From NCBI RefSeq assembly GCF_009914755.1, contig NC_060943.1: 64,000 nt of DNA. One strand, given 5' to 3'. Both the position numbers and the translations under genes were made by a program. Shown piece by piece: positions 26,881 to 42,079 of the stretch (positions are counted from its first letter, which is position 1; each line of letters begins with the position of its first letter). The stretch comes from the human T2T-CHM13v2.0 reference genome, Homo sapiens. Below the pieces are notes generated by a model. That model saw only the letters and a program-made list of their open reading frames with translations, did no database searches and was not told the DNA's origin.

Positions 26881-28733
26881 ACTTTTCCTCTCTTCTGATT
26901 TTATTGTTTCTGTTATTCTCTCTGTGTGTCTTCTGGCCTCGATCCCTGACTGTGAGGCTCATGGGTGTCCTGTCACTGCCTCCGCAGAGGGGCTGGGCTG
27001 GGCCATTATGCACTTTCCAGAAATGAACGTCCCTGTTGACCAGAGTGGCCTGTCCTCGGGCCATCGCTGGCCACTTGCGGCAAGTTCTCTTTGGAAGAAA
27101 AGCCAACCTCCAGTTTGGTGAAAGTGTCAGCGTTTTGGGGTGCAGAGCATGTGACCCTAATGTAAGCCAGCACCCCTGGTCCCTGCCTTGGGAGCACTGT
27201 GGTCCTGGCGCAAACCAGAGCACAAGTCCAGTTCTGTCCCCTCCAGGGTCCCTCCCTATTCACTGCCTCAGTGACCACCACATGGGCAGAGCTTGCAGTT
27301 TAGCCAGCACTGTCCCAGTTCACCTCAAGTCTGAGAGGTCGGCCTGGCCAAAATTCAAATCCCCACTTTCCTGATGCAGAACGGACTGCCAGAGCTGGAT
27401 TTTCAACACAGGGCCGCCAAGACTGGGGCCAGCTCCCGTCCCACTGTGCCACACCGTGTTTGTGCGTTTGTGACCCCGTGAAAGGCAGAACCGGCTGCTG
27501 TCGTGTGGGTGGATGGAGATTTGGGACAAGGACACAGACACAGTCGGCAGAGAGTTTGACCCCAGATGGAGGAATCGGGTTTGGCTAAATTTCTCTGGAA
27601 TCCTTCAATGAGTCTGGCTTGCTGCTATCTTTAATTTCGAAGACCCTGCTGAGGGCTGGCCCCACCAGGACGTGGTGCTCGGGGACAGCAGCCCCCAGGG
27701 TCCTGAGGCAGCTTTTCCTCTACCTGGACCCCGTTTCTTTCTGGGCTCAGTGGTGCATCTCAGCCAGGACTCTGCTCAGGCTGACTTTCCCGAAGCCCAG
27801 AGAGCAGGGAGCGGTGGCCCCCACCATGAGTGGGCTGGCAGTGGGTGTCACATGGGGGCGGAAGAGAGGGAAGTCTGGGAAATAATGCCCAGCCCCACCC
27901 ACTGAAGGACCGGGATGCAGAGAAATGTCACTGCTGCTACACAAAAGTGCGGCATTATCAGCCCCTTGCAAAGGCAAGTGGATTAAAATGCCATTAACAC
28001 AGCAAATTAAGCTTACAGTGAAGTAAACAGGAATTAAATCAATAACCAGCACAGGGGACAGCTGAATTTTTCCAAATGGTCCCCCGGGGATTGGGGCTAG
28101 TGGGTGCATAGGGTAGGGGGCAGGGTCTGGCTGGAGAGGGGAGGGGGTAAGTGACATGCTTAGAGATTGAAGGTCCGGGCACTGGCAATGGGTACTTGGA
28201 GGGTTCAGGCTGAGACCTGTCCCTCCAGTGGGGAGCAGCTTCGCTTCCTGTTTCCACCCAGGTGGCTCCCCCTGTTTCACCAGCTGTCCATACTTCTGAA
28301 AGTGATGCCAGATAGATGTCACCTGCTTGGCATCCCCCCACTCTTCCTTTGTCAATCGCACCTAGATTCTTCTTCGGGGACACTCCATGCCCCCAAAATC
28401 TCTTAGTCTGTCCTGTTCAGTTAGACCCACTCTTTGGCCGCAGGCTGTCCCTTGCCCAGGCTTATAGCACAAGAGAATTGTGTCCCTATGGTCACAGCAT
28501 TTGATTTGGGGATGTTCAGCCAATCCACATCTGTGCCAAGAGGCAACCCAAGGACTTTGACTGGAGCCTTCTAAAATGTCCTGAGGGGCTGCTAAGCTGA
28601 TGGGATCTGGCATTCTATTGCACCAGGAGAGCTTGGGCTGGGAGTGGGCTGAGAGGTAAGGAGGTAGAGGCTGGATTTGAGTGCCTGGATCCAGCTGTGC
28701 CTGAAGCTATGCTGGATTTTCCCCTGCATTCTA

Positions 28734-28963
<230 letters not shown>

Positions 28964-29204
28964 TAAATCAGAATGTGGTCATTTGCAACTGAAAGAGTCT
29001 AGCTTGAAAAATAATTTTATTTCTTTTTTTTTAAAAAGAAAATTAATTTATCAAACATCTCTTAGGGACCATTGAGCATGGTGGTGTCCCTTGGTCTCCC
29101 TTGCCTGTCTTTTGCAGTCTGGATGCTGTTTCCTCATCTACCCTATGGGGTTATTGTGTTATGCCCTACCAGCCTGTGTGGCTGTCCCTCCTCAGGCCAC
29201 CCAT

Positions 29205-29738
29205 ACATGCATCCATCTATCCATTGACCCATCCACCAATTCATCCATCCATCCACCCATCCATCCATCTACCCACCCACCTATCCATCATCCACTCATC
29301 CATCCATCCATTTATCTATCATCCATCCATCTATCCATCAGTTCATCCATCCAGCCACCCATTCATCCATCTACCCATCCATCTACCTGCACTCCCGCCC
29401 TCCTCAGGTGTACATACCCATCCATCCATCCATCCATCATCCATCCACCTACCCATCCATCCATCATCTACCCATCCATCTATTAATCCATCCATCCATC
29501 ATTCATCCATCCTTTAATCCATCCATTCATTTATCCATCTACCTATTCCTCCACCCACCCATCCACCCATCCATTCATCCATCCACCCATTCATCTATAC
29601 ATCCATCCATCCACTCATCCATCCATCCACTCATCCATCCATCCATCCACTCATCCATCCATCCCCCATCAATCCATTCATCCATCCATCTATCCATCCC
29701 CCATCCATTTCTCCATCCATTCATTCATCCGTCCACCT
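29205..29738. repeat. Degenerate (CCAT)n tetranucleotide repeat
   Basis: Directly visible. Confidence 0.96.
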
Positions 29739-32700
29739 AATGGAGCCCTCCTCTGGGGCAGGTGGGCTCTATGCTGGGCTATCTCAGCCCACTACCTTTC
29801 AAGCCTCTGATTTAATACATCTTAGGCAAAAGAAGAATCTTTAATGGGGGACACACGGATGGGTTCTTATTCCTTTTCCTTTCAGGTCTCTTATTCACCT
29901 GCCTTACCGCAGAGCTCCTGGAGAAGGGGTAAGACCCAGGACTGAGAACGGGATGACTTTTTCTCCTGGCAGCTCCTACCGAGATCCAAGCCACCTCCAT
30001 CTGGAAGCCTTTCATGACTGTCCTCACATCTGGGAAGGCACCTGCCCTCTCTGTGCGTCTGGGGCCCCAGGGTCTTCCTTTGTCAGGCTGCTCTGTGACT
30101 GACACTTCCCGATTCTGCCCCCTCTCTGTTTTGTGAGCTCCTTGGAGGTAGGGATCGAAGCTTTTCCCTCCCTCTGGGCTCCAGCACGGAGCTCAGGGTG
30201 TTGTGCAGAGCAGGCCTCAATATGGGCCTGCTGAGTAAATGAATGAATGACACCCAGTCGCAGATGCTTTTCTTGAGGCTCTGATTATAGGTTCTGACCT
30301 GCGCTTGGGGCACTTTTTAGGGGCCATGGCTTCCCTGTGGGGATCTCTGCCCCACCATCCCCACTCTCTCCACCTACCCCCCCTTGTTTCCTCTTTTCTA
30401 AAGAGACTCCTTGGCCCTGCCTTGTCCAGGGCAAGTTCCCACGGTTTCAGGCAGTGGAGTGGGCTGCCTTGAGGAACTGTGTTTTGGGGATTGGGTGGCG
30501 GTCAGGGTGGAGGGTGCAGGGGACTCCCCAGACCAAGGTGGCATGATCAGGACACGCTTTTCACTTTGCTTGGTTATTGGTTTTCCAGAGATGCTTCTAG
30601 GAACACTTCACACAGATGGAGGGAGGCCATTACAAGGGTGATTGTTACTGTTCTTACTTTTTGGGGGAATGGTGGGGGTGAAGCATGCAACTGCCTTGCA
30701 CCTCATAGGCAAGGGGTTCGCTTGCTAAAATACCCTTCTATTTCCCTAGCTTGGCTCCAACTGTCTGGTCTGTGGCCACCAGGGTCTCTGGAGGCCTGAC
30801 ACCCCCAGTCTGGACACCTCGAAGTGAAGGGGAGACCAGGGGCCGCCCCCACCCCAACTGCCCCACGGACGCGATCCCTGGCCAGGTCAGGGAGGGAAAA
30901 AGAAAACGGGTCCAACTCTGAAGAGTTCTGCATTCCTCTGTTGATTTTTCCCCTCTCCCTCCCTCAGGTTCCAAATCCAATTCTAGCTCCTGGCCAACTG
31001 GTAGAATTAAGGGATTAAGAGCTACCCAGGTCTTATCCCGATATGAAAAGATTTCACCGAGAGGCTCATAGTTCAGCATCCAAAGCCGAGGAAATCGCTC
31101 TCCGCCTGCCCTGGTATTGTTTTGCAAGCCTCGCTGGAACCACCTTTTGAGCTCCTGGCTGAGGCATCGCTGTTTCACTTATCTCTTAAGACCTCACTCA
31201 TAATTGCTCAATGTCCGACAAGCAGAGAGAACCCTGGGCATTATCTGTTAAGGGCCCTCTAATCCAGTTCATAAGGACAGAGTGTAATCAGGACACCTCA
31301 AAATCTTTCTAAAGTCAACGCAGAATGTCACATGAGCCCTGAGCTGCTTCCTGGCGAACCCCGGGGACCAACACAGATGCCAGCCCTCCCCACCTCACCG
31401 CGGGAGGGCACATGGGGCTTGAAGGCTTGTGTGGGCCCAGAGCGAGTGCCGGTTGGCCAGAGAGACCAGACCAACTTATGGGGGAAAAAGACTTTGTATT
31501 AAAAAGCAGAAGGGAATTTTTAGCATGTGCCAGAGTTGGTATGTAACTTCATATGTGTGTGTGTGCATGTGTGTGTACATAGGTGTGCGTGCATGGACTT
31601 TCTGGACAAAATTAAAATGAGTGAGCCCTCTCCAGGCTCTCATGAGTCCACTGGGTCAGCTTAGGCAGCAAAGGGCCCCCACAGCCCTGGGCACAGGGCT
31701 GTATAGCTGGTGGCCCCCGACAGGCAAGGTGGCAGAGGTGTGGATGAGTCAGAGGCTGAGTTTCTGCAGGCCCACGGGAAGCTCGCTGACAAATGCTGTT
31801 AATCTTCGGCAGGGCAGGGGCACCTCCAGCACGGAGCTCCATATGGGCGCACCTAGATCTATCAGTCGACTGTCGACTGCCGCCCTTCATGGGACACGGG
31901 CGCGTCCCTCTGACTGATGGAGCCTTTCTGGGGGCTCACGGAGACTCTGGGCAGGTGCAAGCTCAGATGCCAGAATCCCCTGGCACCTCTCATCGGTTCA
32001 TCCACCTACAACTGACAAATGGAGCTCCCTTCCCCACTGCACAACAGGGAAGGATGGCTTTAAAACAGCCCGCAGGACTAAGCTGGGTGTCTTCTTCCTG
32101 TCTAGGGCCTCACCTGGCCAGATCACACTCTTTCCACTTCTCTGATGTGAGCCAGCCAGTGTGGTGGCTGCAACCCTCTTCTGCCCTCCGGACATGTGGC
32201 TCCACCCCACCCATCTCTCTGGATGCCTGAGCTCCTGAGTCTGGGCTCTGACAGCCACTTTCCACCCGCTGATGGCTCCCCTCTGTGGCTGCGTGCTCAG
32301 AGTGTGCCGACGCATCCTGGGATTCCTGCATAGAAAATAAGAAAGGGCTGGTGTGTGTGTTGACGTCTTGGTTTGGGTCCCCCAGAAGCTGACCTCAAGA
32401 CGAGGATCCCGTGAAAGTCATTGATTTGGGAGGCAACCACAGTAAGTGTGGTGGGGAGGGGAAGTGAGAAGAGAGGAGAAAGCCACCAAGCATGGCACAG
32501 GATCCACAGGCACCAGCATGCACCGAGCTCCCCTCCAGCGGGGGTGTGGGGAGGTGCCATTGCACCTGCCACAGGGTGTTCCCCAGGAAGGGAAGAAAGC
32601 TGGCAGGAATGCTGCCAGTTCCTGGGTGAGGGTTACCCCCAAGATATTAGTTACCTGGCCCTTCTGGCTTTGAAGGCCAGGAATTTCCAAGATCCTGGAG

Positions 32701-33490
32701 AAGTTCTCAGGGACAGAGGCATAGAACCTCTGCCTCTGGCCTTGGGAAAGTGCAGGTACATGCCAGCTGCTGAGGTCTGAGAGATGTGGGCAGGGAAGAG
32801 CCAGCGTTGGCTCTGATGGCTTTCCTAGGTCACATTTCCTGGGCAGGTTGGTTAGGGAGATGGGACAATGTGTATATGAGTGGCACCAAGGCTGGATTCT
32901 GCTGGCCAGCTTTCAGCTCTTCCTGTGCAAATTTCTGGAGGCCTGGCCCTCTTGCTGCCTGGTTAGGACCCTCTTTCCAAGGCAAACACAGTCCCCACCC
33001 TCTGATCTAGATGACTGACCATCAGCCAAGGGCAGTTGCAGTTTTGGTGCAGGCCAAGACAGGCACTGAGGTGTGACCTTGAGCCAGTGACATCCATCTC
33101 AGAGCCTTGCTCTCTCCACCTGAAAAACGGGCACCTTGCAGATAAGCAAGGGGTAGCCCAGAATAATCCACAGTATTGGAGATGAATTCGGGACATTGGT
33201 GTGCACTTCTGCTTAGCCTAATATAAATACAGATGGATGCACGTAAAGGTATTTTAGATATGTCTATATACAGGGGTTAGTGTACACACATCTGCTTCCT
33301 GGCTCTGTCCACCGAGAGGGCCTAGAAACAACGACATCCCAGTAATAACACCTACCACCCGGGCCTTGGTTTCTAATACCATCCTCAAAACCAGGAGCCA
33401 GAATTCGTTGAAGAAACAGCCCATTCTAGGATTGGGACAGGAAATGTCAGATAAGCCTGAAGCATATTACAGTGCCAAAAAGTAGAGTGT

Positions 33491-33665
33491 GCACACACAC
33501 ACACATATACACAAATACACATATACACATACATAAGCATACACATACACACACACATAGACACACACACATACACATATACACAAACACACACACATAC
33601 ACATAGACACACATAGACACAAACATACACACACATACCCATACACACACATACAAACACACATG
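33491..33665. repeat. (CA)n/(CATA)n simple repeat
   Basis: Directly visible. Confidence 0.93.
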
Positions 33666-33700
33666 CAATGGTGGGGCTTGTCAAAGAGATGTAGGGATCA

Positions 33701-34266
<566 letters not shown>

Positions 34267-34807
34267 CTATGGAAACAGGGTTGAGAAAGAGGAGCTTGAC
34301 CCTGGAGAAACCTGAGCCCAACCAGGCGAGGAAAGTCAGGGGCAAGTCCTCCTGAGAGTGGGATGTGGGGAGAACGGTCCTTATCCCCTGTGGCCTTTCT
34401 CCCAAGAACCCATCAGCTCAGTCTAACTGTGAGAAAAGTAGCAGACAGCCCCAACTTGAGGGACATTTTACAAAATATCTGGCCTATGTTCGTCAGATCT
34501 GTCAAGGGCATTAAAAACAAGGCAAGTAGGAGAAATAGTTGCAGTCTAGAAGATCCTAAGGAGACGTGAGTTCTAAAAGCCACGGGGTGTCCTGGATAGG
34601 GTCATGGAACAGAAACAGTACATTAGGTACAAACCAGGGAAATCCGAATAAAGTGTGGACTTCCGTTAATAATGATGTAAGGAACATTGGCGCCTGATTT
34701 GTGGCAGATGTACCAGAGCAATGTAAAATCCTAACAATGTGGGAACTCTACTATCTTCACAACTTTTCTGTAAATCTAAAACTATTCTAAAATTAAAACT
34801 TTGTTAT

Positions 34808-35137
<330 letters not shown>

Positions 35138-35917
35138 TCAGCCATTATGAAAGGACCCTGACCTGGCATCAGGGGATTTGTATTCTTGTCACTAAGTGAC
35201 TCTTCCCCGCTGGGCCTCAATGTCTTCATCTGCCAAATGGCAGGGTTGAATTTCCACGTCTGATCTTGGCTGTCTGTGATTTCCTTCACACCTGGCTTGA
35301 GTTGCTGGGGAAAACTTTTAAAGAAGAGGGGCACAGCTGAGGGCATCTTTTGCAGAGCGGGTGGCTGAGGCGCATCGTGGCTGGACCTGAGTCCATCTGC
35401 CCTGGTGCCTGCATGACTGGCCCTTCTCCTTCACAGACCATGGCCCCAGGCTCCCTTGCTTTCATTTCCCAGCCCGTTATTGGGGCAGGAGAGTAGCAAG
35501 CGGGGGAGTTTTGATGAGGCGAGGAAGCAGTGATGTGTTTTAATGCACTGTTTCCTGGGGACCTAGAATGAAAATTTTAACAACTCAGAAGCTGTGCACT
35601 GAAGGCGCCCCTGCTGCAGGTTCTCAGAAGGGTATTCCAACTAAATTGCAGAAATATAAATATGCATCTTCCTCGCTTTTGATGAGCTATCACTGCGCAG
35701 AGCCCGAATCCCCAAGTGGCAAGGTGTTTTTCCACTCAATGGGAGAACAGCCATCTTCGGTTGGCCTGGCTGTAGTGCTCCTCAGCTGTGTTTGCACTTT
35801 GTGGCCATAAGGCCATGCGCTTCCCAGGACCTGCCGAGAGCTGACCTTCTGTACCAAGCTGGGAGACAGCCCAGGAAAGAGAAAAGGCAAAAAATTATTT
35901 TAAAAACAATACACAGA

Positions 35918-36213
35918 GGCTGGGGGCAGAGGCTCCTGCCTGTAATCCCGGTGCTTTGGGAGTCCCAGGCAGGAGGCTCACTTGAGGCCAAGAGTTCAAG
36001 ACCAGCCTGGGCAACCATAGTGAAATTGTATCTCTACAAAAAATTTAAAAACTTAGCCAGGCGTGGTGGTGCATGCCTGTGGTCCCAGCTACTCAGGAGG
36101 CTGAGGTGGGAGGATCGCTTGAGCCCAGTAGTTCAAGGCTGCAGTGAGCTATATACAGTGAGCTGCAGTGCCACTGTATTCCAGCCTGGGGGACAGAGAG
36201 AGACCCTATCTCA
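35918..36213 (+). mobile_element. AluJ
   Basis: Dimer whose tail is interrupted by an antisense Alu; tail remnant at about 36548-36580. Confidence 0.9.
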
Positions 36214-36215
36214 AA

Positions 36216-36547
<332 letters not shown>

Positions 36548-36989
36548 TAAGTAAAAAATAAAGATAAAAAATGAAAAACAATGCATGAAGATGCCCGGCA
36601 GAAAAAATAGGGTTTTACAGGATAAGTCATTACAGTGCTATCCATCCACAGGGCCTACACACACCAGCTAACTCTTAAGCTTGGGCAAATCCTTCCAGAG
36701 AATGCAGGGGGGAAAACTGTTTCCGTAAAACCTTCAGCATCAGAGCCAGGCACAATGTGGAGGAGACCCAATCCAGGGCTCTATGGGATGTATACCTTTC
36801 CCTCTCCACCAAGGCTGTGAAGTCCAGGCCCTGTGCCCCTAAGTGGGTCGGGCCCAGGATCTCTGGAGTCTGGACATTCCACCCACCGTCCCCTCATGGA
36901 GCTGCATTTCTCCGGCCTTGGGCCTGAGCCTGGTTTCACAGCCTTCTTCAGATACCTGCGGAGACACTTCCAAGACAGCACCGTGGTGG

Positions 36990-37500
36990 TGTTTAATGAA
37001 TGGCAAACACTCTCTCACAAACAGAAAGAAAAAAAAAAAACCTCCACAAATCCCCAAACCTGTTAGCTGGAAAATATTCCAAGATCAACACATTTTAATT
37101 CACTAATTAATACAGCTAAAAGGCATTTTTCATATTAGACTTATTAAAATCACTTGTATTTAAGTGTTTTTGAACTCATATTTTCCGATGCTGTGCGTTT
37201 TCCTAAAGTGTTCTAGTCATGTTATGCAAATGCCTATTTAAATTACCAGGGGTATTTGTTGTCTATTTCTACTCTGTAAAACATAATTTTAATACAAGTT
37301 ATTTGTGAAATGCACATTGGAAAAAAGAAAATAAGATTTGAGATGGCATTTCTATGATAATTTTATTGCAAATGTTGACCATGTTTTTGTATTTGTCTGC
37401 AAGAGGTAATGCAAAATATACATAAGACATATTTCCGGGATTTATTGTTATATGTGACTAAATTAGTAAAGCAAAATTTGCTTCATTGTTTGAACCCGAG
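36990..37500. promoter_or_regulatory. Putative conserved non-coding element/enhancer
   Basis: AT-rich unique island; octamer ATGCAAAT at 37224-37231, CTAATTAA, CATTGTT. Confidence 0.45.
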
Positions 37501-38014
37501 GCAGGGCAGTCCGTCACCTTGTGAAGCATGTTTTAGACGAACAGTCACGGCCACGCAGCAGGCGGAACCCCTGCCATCCCAGAAAGAAAATTTGCTCTTG
37601 CTCTCCACTGAAACACGATTTTCTGATACCTGTGTGCTGCCAGGCATGATGTTTGAGGCATAAACCCAGACCTTTGCCGAGGACAGGGAGACTCGGCTTG
37701 AGCAAGACAGGAGTGCTGAACGGAAGACATAACGGGGGTTCTCTGGAGTGATAAGGTGGCAATGTGGTGGCCAGACTTCAGGGCACAGGGAGTCCTGGGA
37801 GGGGCTTCTTGAAGGGTCTTTCTTTGTCTACTTATCAGAAATATGTAGCCTTCCTACTACCAGCGTTTTTGATACACATGTGATACAGGCATAATAAGAT
37901 GGCTAGAAGCAAAAGATGAAATTGAGAGAGGGAACCCTGGCAGAAATGCTATTTCTGAGCTTCCTGGCAGCCAAGGTGAAAAAGGAAACATAATGAGTTT
38001 AATGACACTAAGTC

Positions 38015-38306
<292 letters not shown>

Positions 38307-38479
38307 CTAAGTCATTGTCCAGGTAAAAAATGTCTACCTTTTGGGAAGAGGGATAGTTTCCCCCTAGTCTTCTAGTCTGAGTGAAATCCAAGAAGGCCCT
38401 TCATAAGGGAAAACAAGGACACAGCAAGCTCTGTTCCCAGCGGTGGTGAGCTTACACAGGCTGCAGAAATGTCCTGAAG

Positions 38480-38652
38480 GGCTGGGCACGGTGGCTCACG
38501 CCTGTAATCCCAGCACTTTGGGAGGCCAAGGCAGGTGGATCACTTGAGGTCAGGATTTCAAGACCAGTGGAGGCTGCAGTGAGCTGAGATCATGCCACTG
38601 CACTCCAACCTTGGTGACAGAGACTCTGTATCAAACAAACAAACAAACAAAA
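38480..38652 (+). mobile_element. Internally deleted Alu with (CAAA)n tail
   Basis: Left arm ...AGACCAG joined directly to right arm GGAGGCTGCAGTGAG; TSD-like TCCTGAAG on both sides. Confidence 0.85.
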
Positions 38653-39127
38653 TCCTGAAGGAAGATGGTTGAATTGAAACCAAAGGTATGGTCAGTCACA
38701 GGTTTTAAAGATTTTCCTGCGGTGTTGTTGGGGGGACCTGTGACGGAATGAGACTCTGTCTCCAACACCCCAACCCCAGTCCTACAAGGACAGTCACTCT
38801 CACCTGTGTCGACAGGACAGACACTGAGATTTTCCCAAGGGGGAGAGGCCACCATCCCCAGTGCGGGCTGGCGGTAGGAGCACTGTAGAGCCTGTGTCCT
38901 AGTGGGGACAGCATTCTCTTGAGTGCTTATTCCTTTTAGGTGCCAGTGGTTAGGGGTTATAAAAAGTGTGGAAACACAAACTCTGCTACCTGTTACCTAC
39001 CTGTTAGCTGGGACAGCCCTTCCATCGATATCTGTGGAATGAGAACTTGGTTTGCTCTAGAGAAAGGGGCTTCCCAACATCGCCTGAACATACACAGCAA
39101 GCTCTTGTTCACAATAGACTCAATTCA

Positions 39128-39687
39128 ATTCCCTTCCTTTCCCTTTCCTTCCTCCCTCTCCTCCTCCCTCCCTCCTCCTATCCCTCCCCCTTCCTTCTCC
39201 CTTTCCTCCCCCTTCCCTTCTCTTTCTTTCCCTTCCCTTCCTCCCTCTCCTTCTCCCTCCCTCCCTGCTCCTATCCCTCCTCCTTCCTTCTCCCTTTCTT
39301 CCCCCTTCCCTTCCATTCCCTTCCTTCCTCTCCTCCTCCCTCCCTCTCTCCTCCTCCCTCCCTCTCTCCTCCTCCCTCCCTCTCTCCTCCTCCCTCCCTC
39401 TCTCCTCCTTTTCCTCCCCCTTCCCTCCCCCTTTCTTTTCATCCGCCTTCCCTTCCCTTCCTCCCTCTCCTCCTCCCTGTCTCCTCCTTTCCTTTTCCCT
39501 TCCCCTCCCCCCTCACTCCCTTCCCTTCCCTTCCTCCCTCTCCTCCTCCCTGTCTCCTCCTTTCCTTTTCCCTTCCCCTCCCCCCTCACTCCCTTCCCTT
39601 CCCTTCCTCCCTCTCCTCCTCCCTCTTTCCCCTTCCCCCTCCCCTTCTCCCTTCCCCTTCCCCTTCCCCTTCCCCTTCCCTTCCCTT
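39128..39687. repeat. About 560-bp polypyrimidine/polypurine tract
   Basis: Almost exclusively C/T on the plus strand, with internal (CCCTT)n and 18-bp repeats; abuts the tail end of an antisense Alu. Confidence 0.96.
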
Positions 39688-39969
39688 GACAAGGTCTTAC
39701 TCTGTCACCCAGGCTGGAGTGCAGTGGTGTAATCATAGCTCACTAAAGCCTCAACCTCCTGAGCTCAAGTGATTCTCCCATGTCAGCCTCCTGAGTAGCT
39801 GGGACTATACGAATGTGCCACCATGCTGGCTAATTTTTAAAATTTTTTTGTGAGAGACAGGTTCTCCCTATGTTGCCCAGGCTGGTCTCGAGCTCCAGGC
39901 CTCAAGCAATCCTCCTGCCTTGGCCTCTTAAAGTGCTGGTATTACAGGCATGAGTCACCACGCCCAGCC
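39688..39969 (-). mobile_element. AluJ, antisense
   Basis: Reverse-complement dimer. Confidence 0.9.
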
Positions 39970-41726
39970 TCCATATAGGTTTCTGGAAGGGAACTGACAA
40001 TGGAGACTGCTGGTGCGGGTGGGCCAAGCCGTGGGCCAGTCTGGATTTACAGAAGCTGTGTGGTTGTGGGCCAGGCCTTCACTGCTCTCAGTCTGTCCCT
40101 CATAAGGTGAGGACGAACCCTACCATGCAGAGACATAAAGATGACAAAACACTTGCAAAGTACCTAGCCCGGTGCCTGCCCGGGCAGCTGGTGCTGATGG
40201 GGCACCCATGAAGACCATGATGCCCAGATGACAGTAAGGGTGGCCTGTGGGTGCCACTTAACTTCCAAAGCACTTCATGAGCCAGATCTCATTAAAGCCA
40301 TGTTGCAATTCTGTAAGGTTAGGTATAGCTATCACCACCCCCATTTCACAGGAGGAATTGGCTCAGAGAGGTTCAGTGACTTACCAAGGAACGCACAGCA
40401 TGTCAAGAGTGAGCCTGGGATGCAGAGCAGGTCTTCCAGGTCTCACCGGGCAGCACTTTAATCCTCTCCCTTCACTCTAGAAAGCTGGGTGGACCTTTGG
40501 GCTGGGTTCACCATCTTCAAGAAGGAGGCAGCTTCGGAGGCTGGCATGGGTCCAGGACTGCATGTCCAGCCCTTTGGAAGTGTCAAATCTGGACAAGAGG
40601 TGGGACAAGGCCTCGGAGCCAGGGACTGACCACGGGCTTGGAGGTCATGTTCTATCTTCCCTGTTGCTTCCCCTCCTCCTTGTACCAACAGGGCCGGCTA
40701 ATTAGGCAAGGCCTGTGGCTCCATATTTAACAAGGAAGGTGGAGGGACCCTGGCTGTGTGTCCCCCCCTGACTTTGTGTGCCCCACACCACCCAAACCTG
40801 GTCAATGAGCAACGCCTGCCCCAGGCCCTGGAGCCCGCAGGCTTAGTTTCCTAGAGTCTCCGCTGTTGCACTGGGTTCTATCACTCAAAAGGGCACTCTG
40901 GATGGGCCTATTCAGAGGCCATTGTCTGGCCAGCAAAGCTGAGCATGTGGCTGGAGGGCATTAGCCCCCCTGGTGGCCACATAGGGAGACCCAAACAAAA
41001 GGCCTGGACTGGGAAGTGCAGAGGCCGTGACAGCAATTCTAATTTTTGAGGCCTTTTGAAGCATCGGTGCGCTCGGAGAGCCTCTTCCCTGTATCATTCT
41101 TACGTGGATCAACAGATGTTTTAAAACAGAGCTCCTGATGCAGGGGAATCCTGGCAGGCTGCCTCGCTGCCCTGAGAGGGGGCTCTGCAGATGACCTCAG
41201 GTAGGCGTTTGCTGAGCGCCACCATCCTGGCAAGGTGCACAGCTCTCATGATCTGCTGGGGAGGGTCTCCCTCCTGGGCCAGGCCTCACTGAGGACCAGC
41301 CCACAGGTCTCCGTTCCTTTCCTCCCCTTCTGAGCTGCTGTCCTGGCCTCTGAGCTGGTCTCTCAGTAGCAGGAGGAGCCGACAGAGGCAAGGGCCTGTT
41401 TCCCTGCAGGTGCTGTGTGCCTTCAACACGCAGAGGCTCTGAGGGCCGGGTCTGCAGACACCCACAAGGGAGTCAGCCAAGGCCACTGAAGTCCACTCAG
41501 AAAAAACCGCTGCTCTCCACAGGGTGACTTGGCTTTCAGTCTCCAGATGTTTACTGAGCACCTTCTCTGGACCAGGCTCTGGACTGGGCTCAAGGTCCTG
41601 GAGGGACCGAGACAGATGTGGACCTGATCTTGGGTTTCAGCGGCTGGAGGTGAAGACAAACACTCAATGTTACAAATGCTAAGTTAATCATCACAGCTTG
41701 CAAAGTGTGTCAAAGGGGAGACAGTT

Positions 41727-42010
41727 GGCCATGGCTCATGCCTGTAATCCTAGCACTTTGGGAAGCCAACATGGGTGGATTGCTTGCGGTCAGAAGTTCG
41801 AGACCAGCCTGGCCAACATGGTGAAACCCCATCTCTACTAAAAATACAAAAATTAGCTGAGTGTGGTGGCGCATGCCTGTAATCCAAGCTACTTGGGAGG
41901 CTGAGGCAAGAGAGTCCCTTCAACCCAGGAGGCAGAGTTTGCAGTGATTGTGCCACTGCACTCCAGCCTGGGCGACAGGGTGAAACTCCGTCTTAGAAAA
42001 AAAAAAAAAA
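41727..42010 (+). mobile_element. AluS
   Basis: Dimer with A tail. Confidence 0.9.
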
Positions 42011-42079
42011 CAGTCTAGTGGAGCCCTCCCCTAGAAATCAAGCCTGAAAGAAGACTGTGGGGCACCCATCTGCCTACCT

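Noticed and set aside
38940-39772. Pro/Ser-rich and Gly/Arg/Glu-rich ORFs
   Set aside because: Translations of the polypyrimidine tract and adjacent Alu.
40961-40980. CTCF-like site (minus strand TGGCCACCAGGGGGGCTAA)
   Set aside because: The 5' core matches, but the conserved GGC(A/G)C end does not; not supportable without ChIP data.
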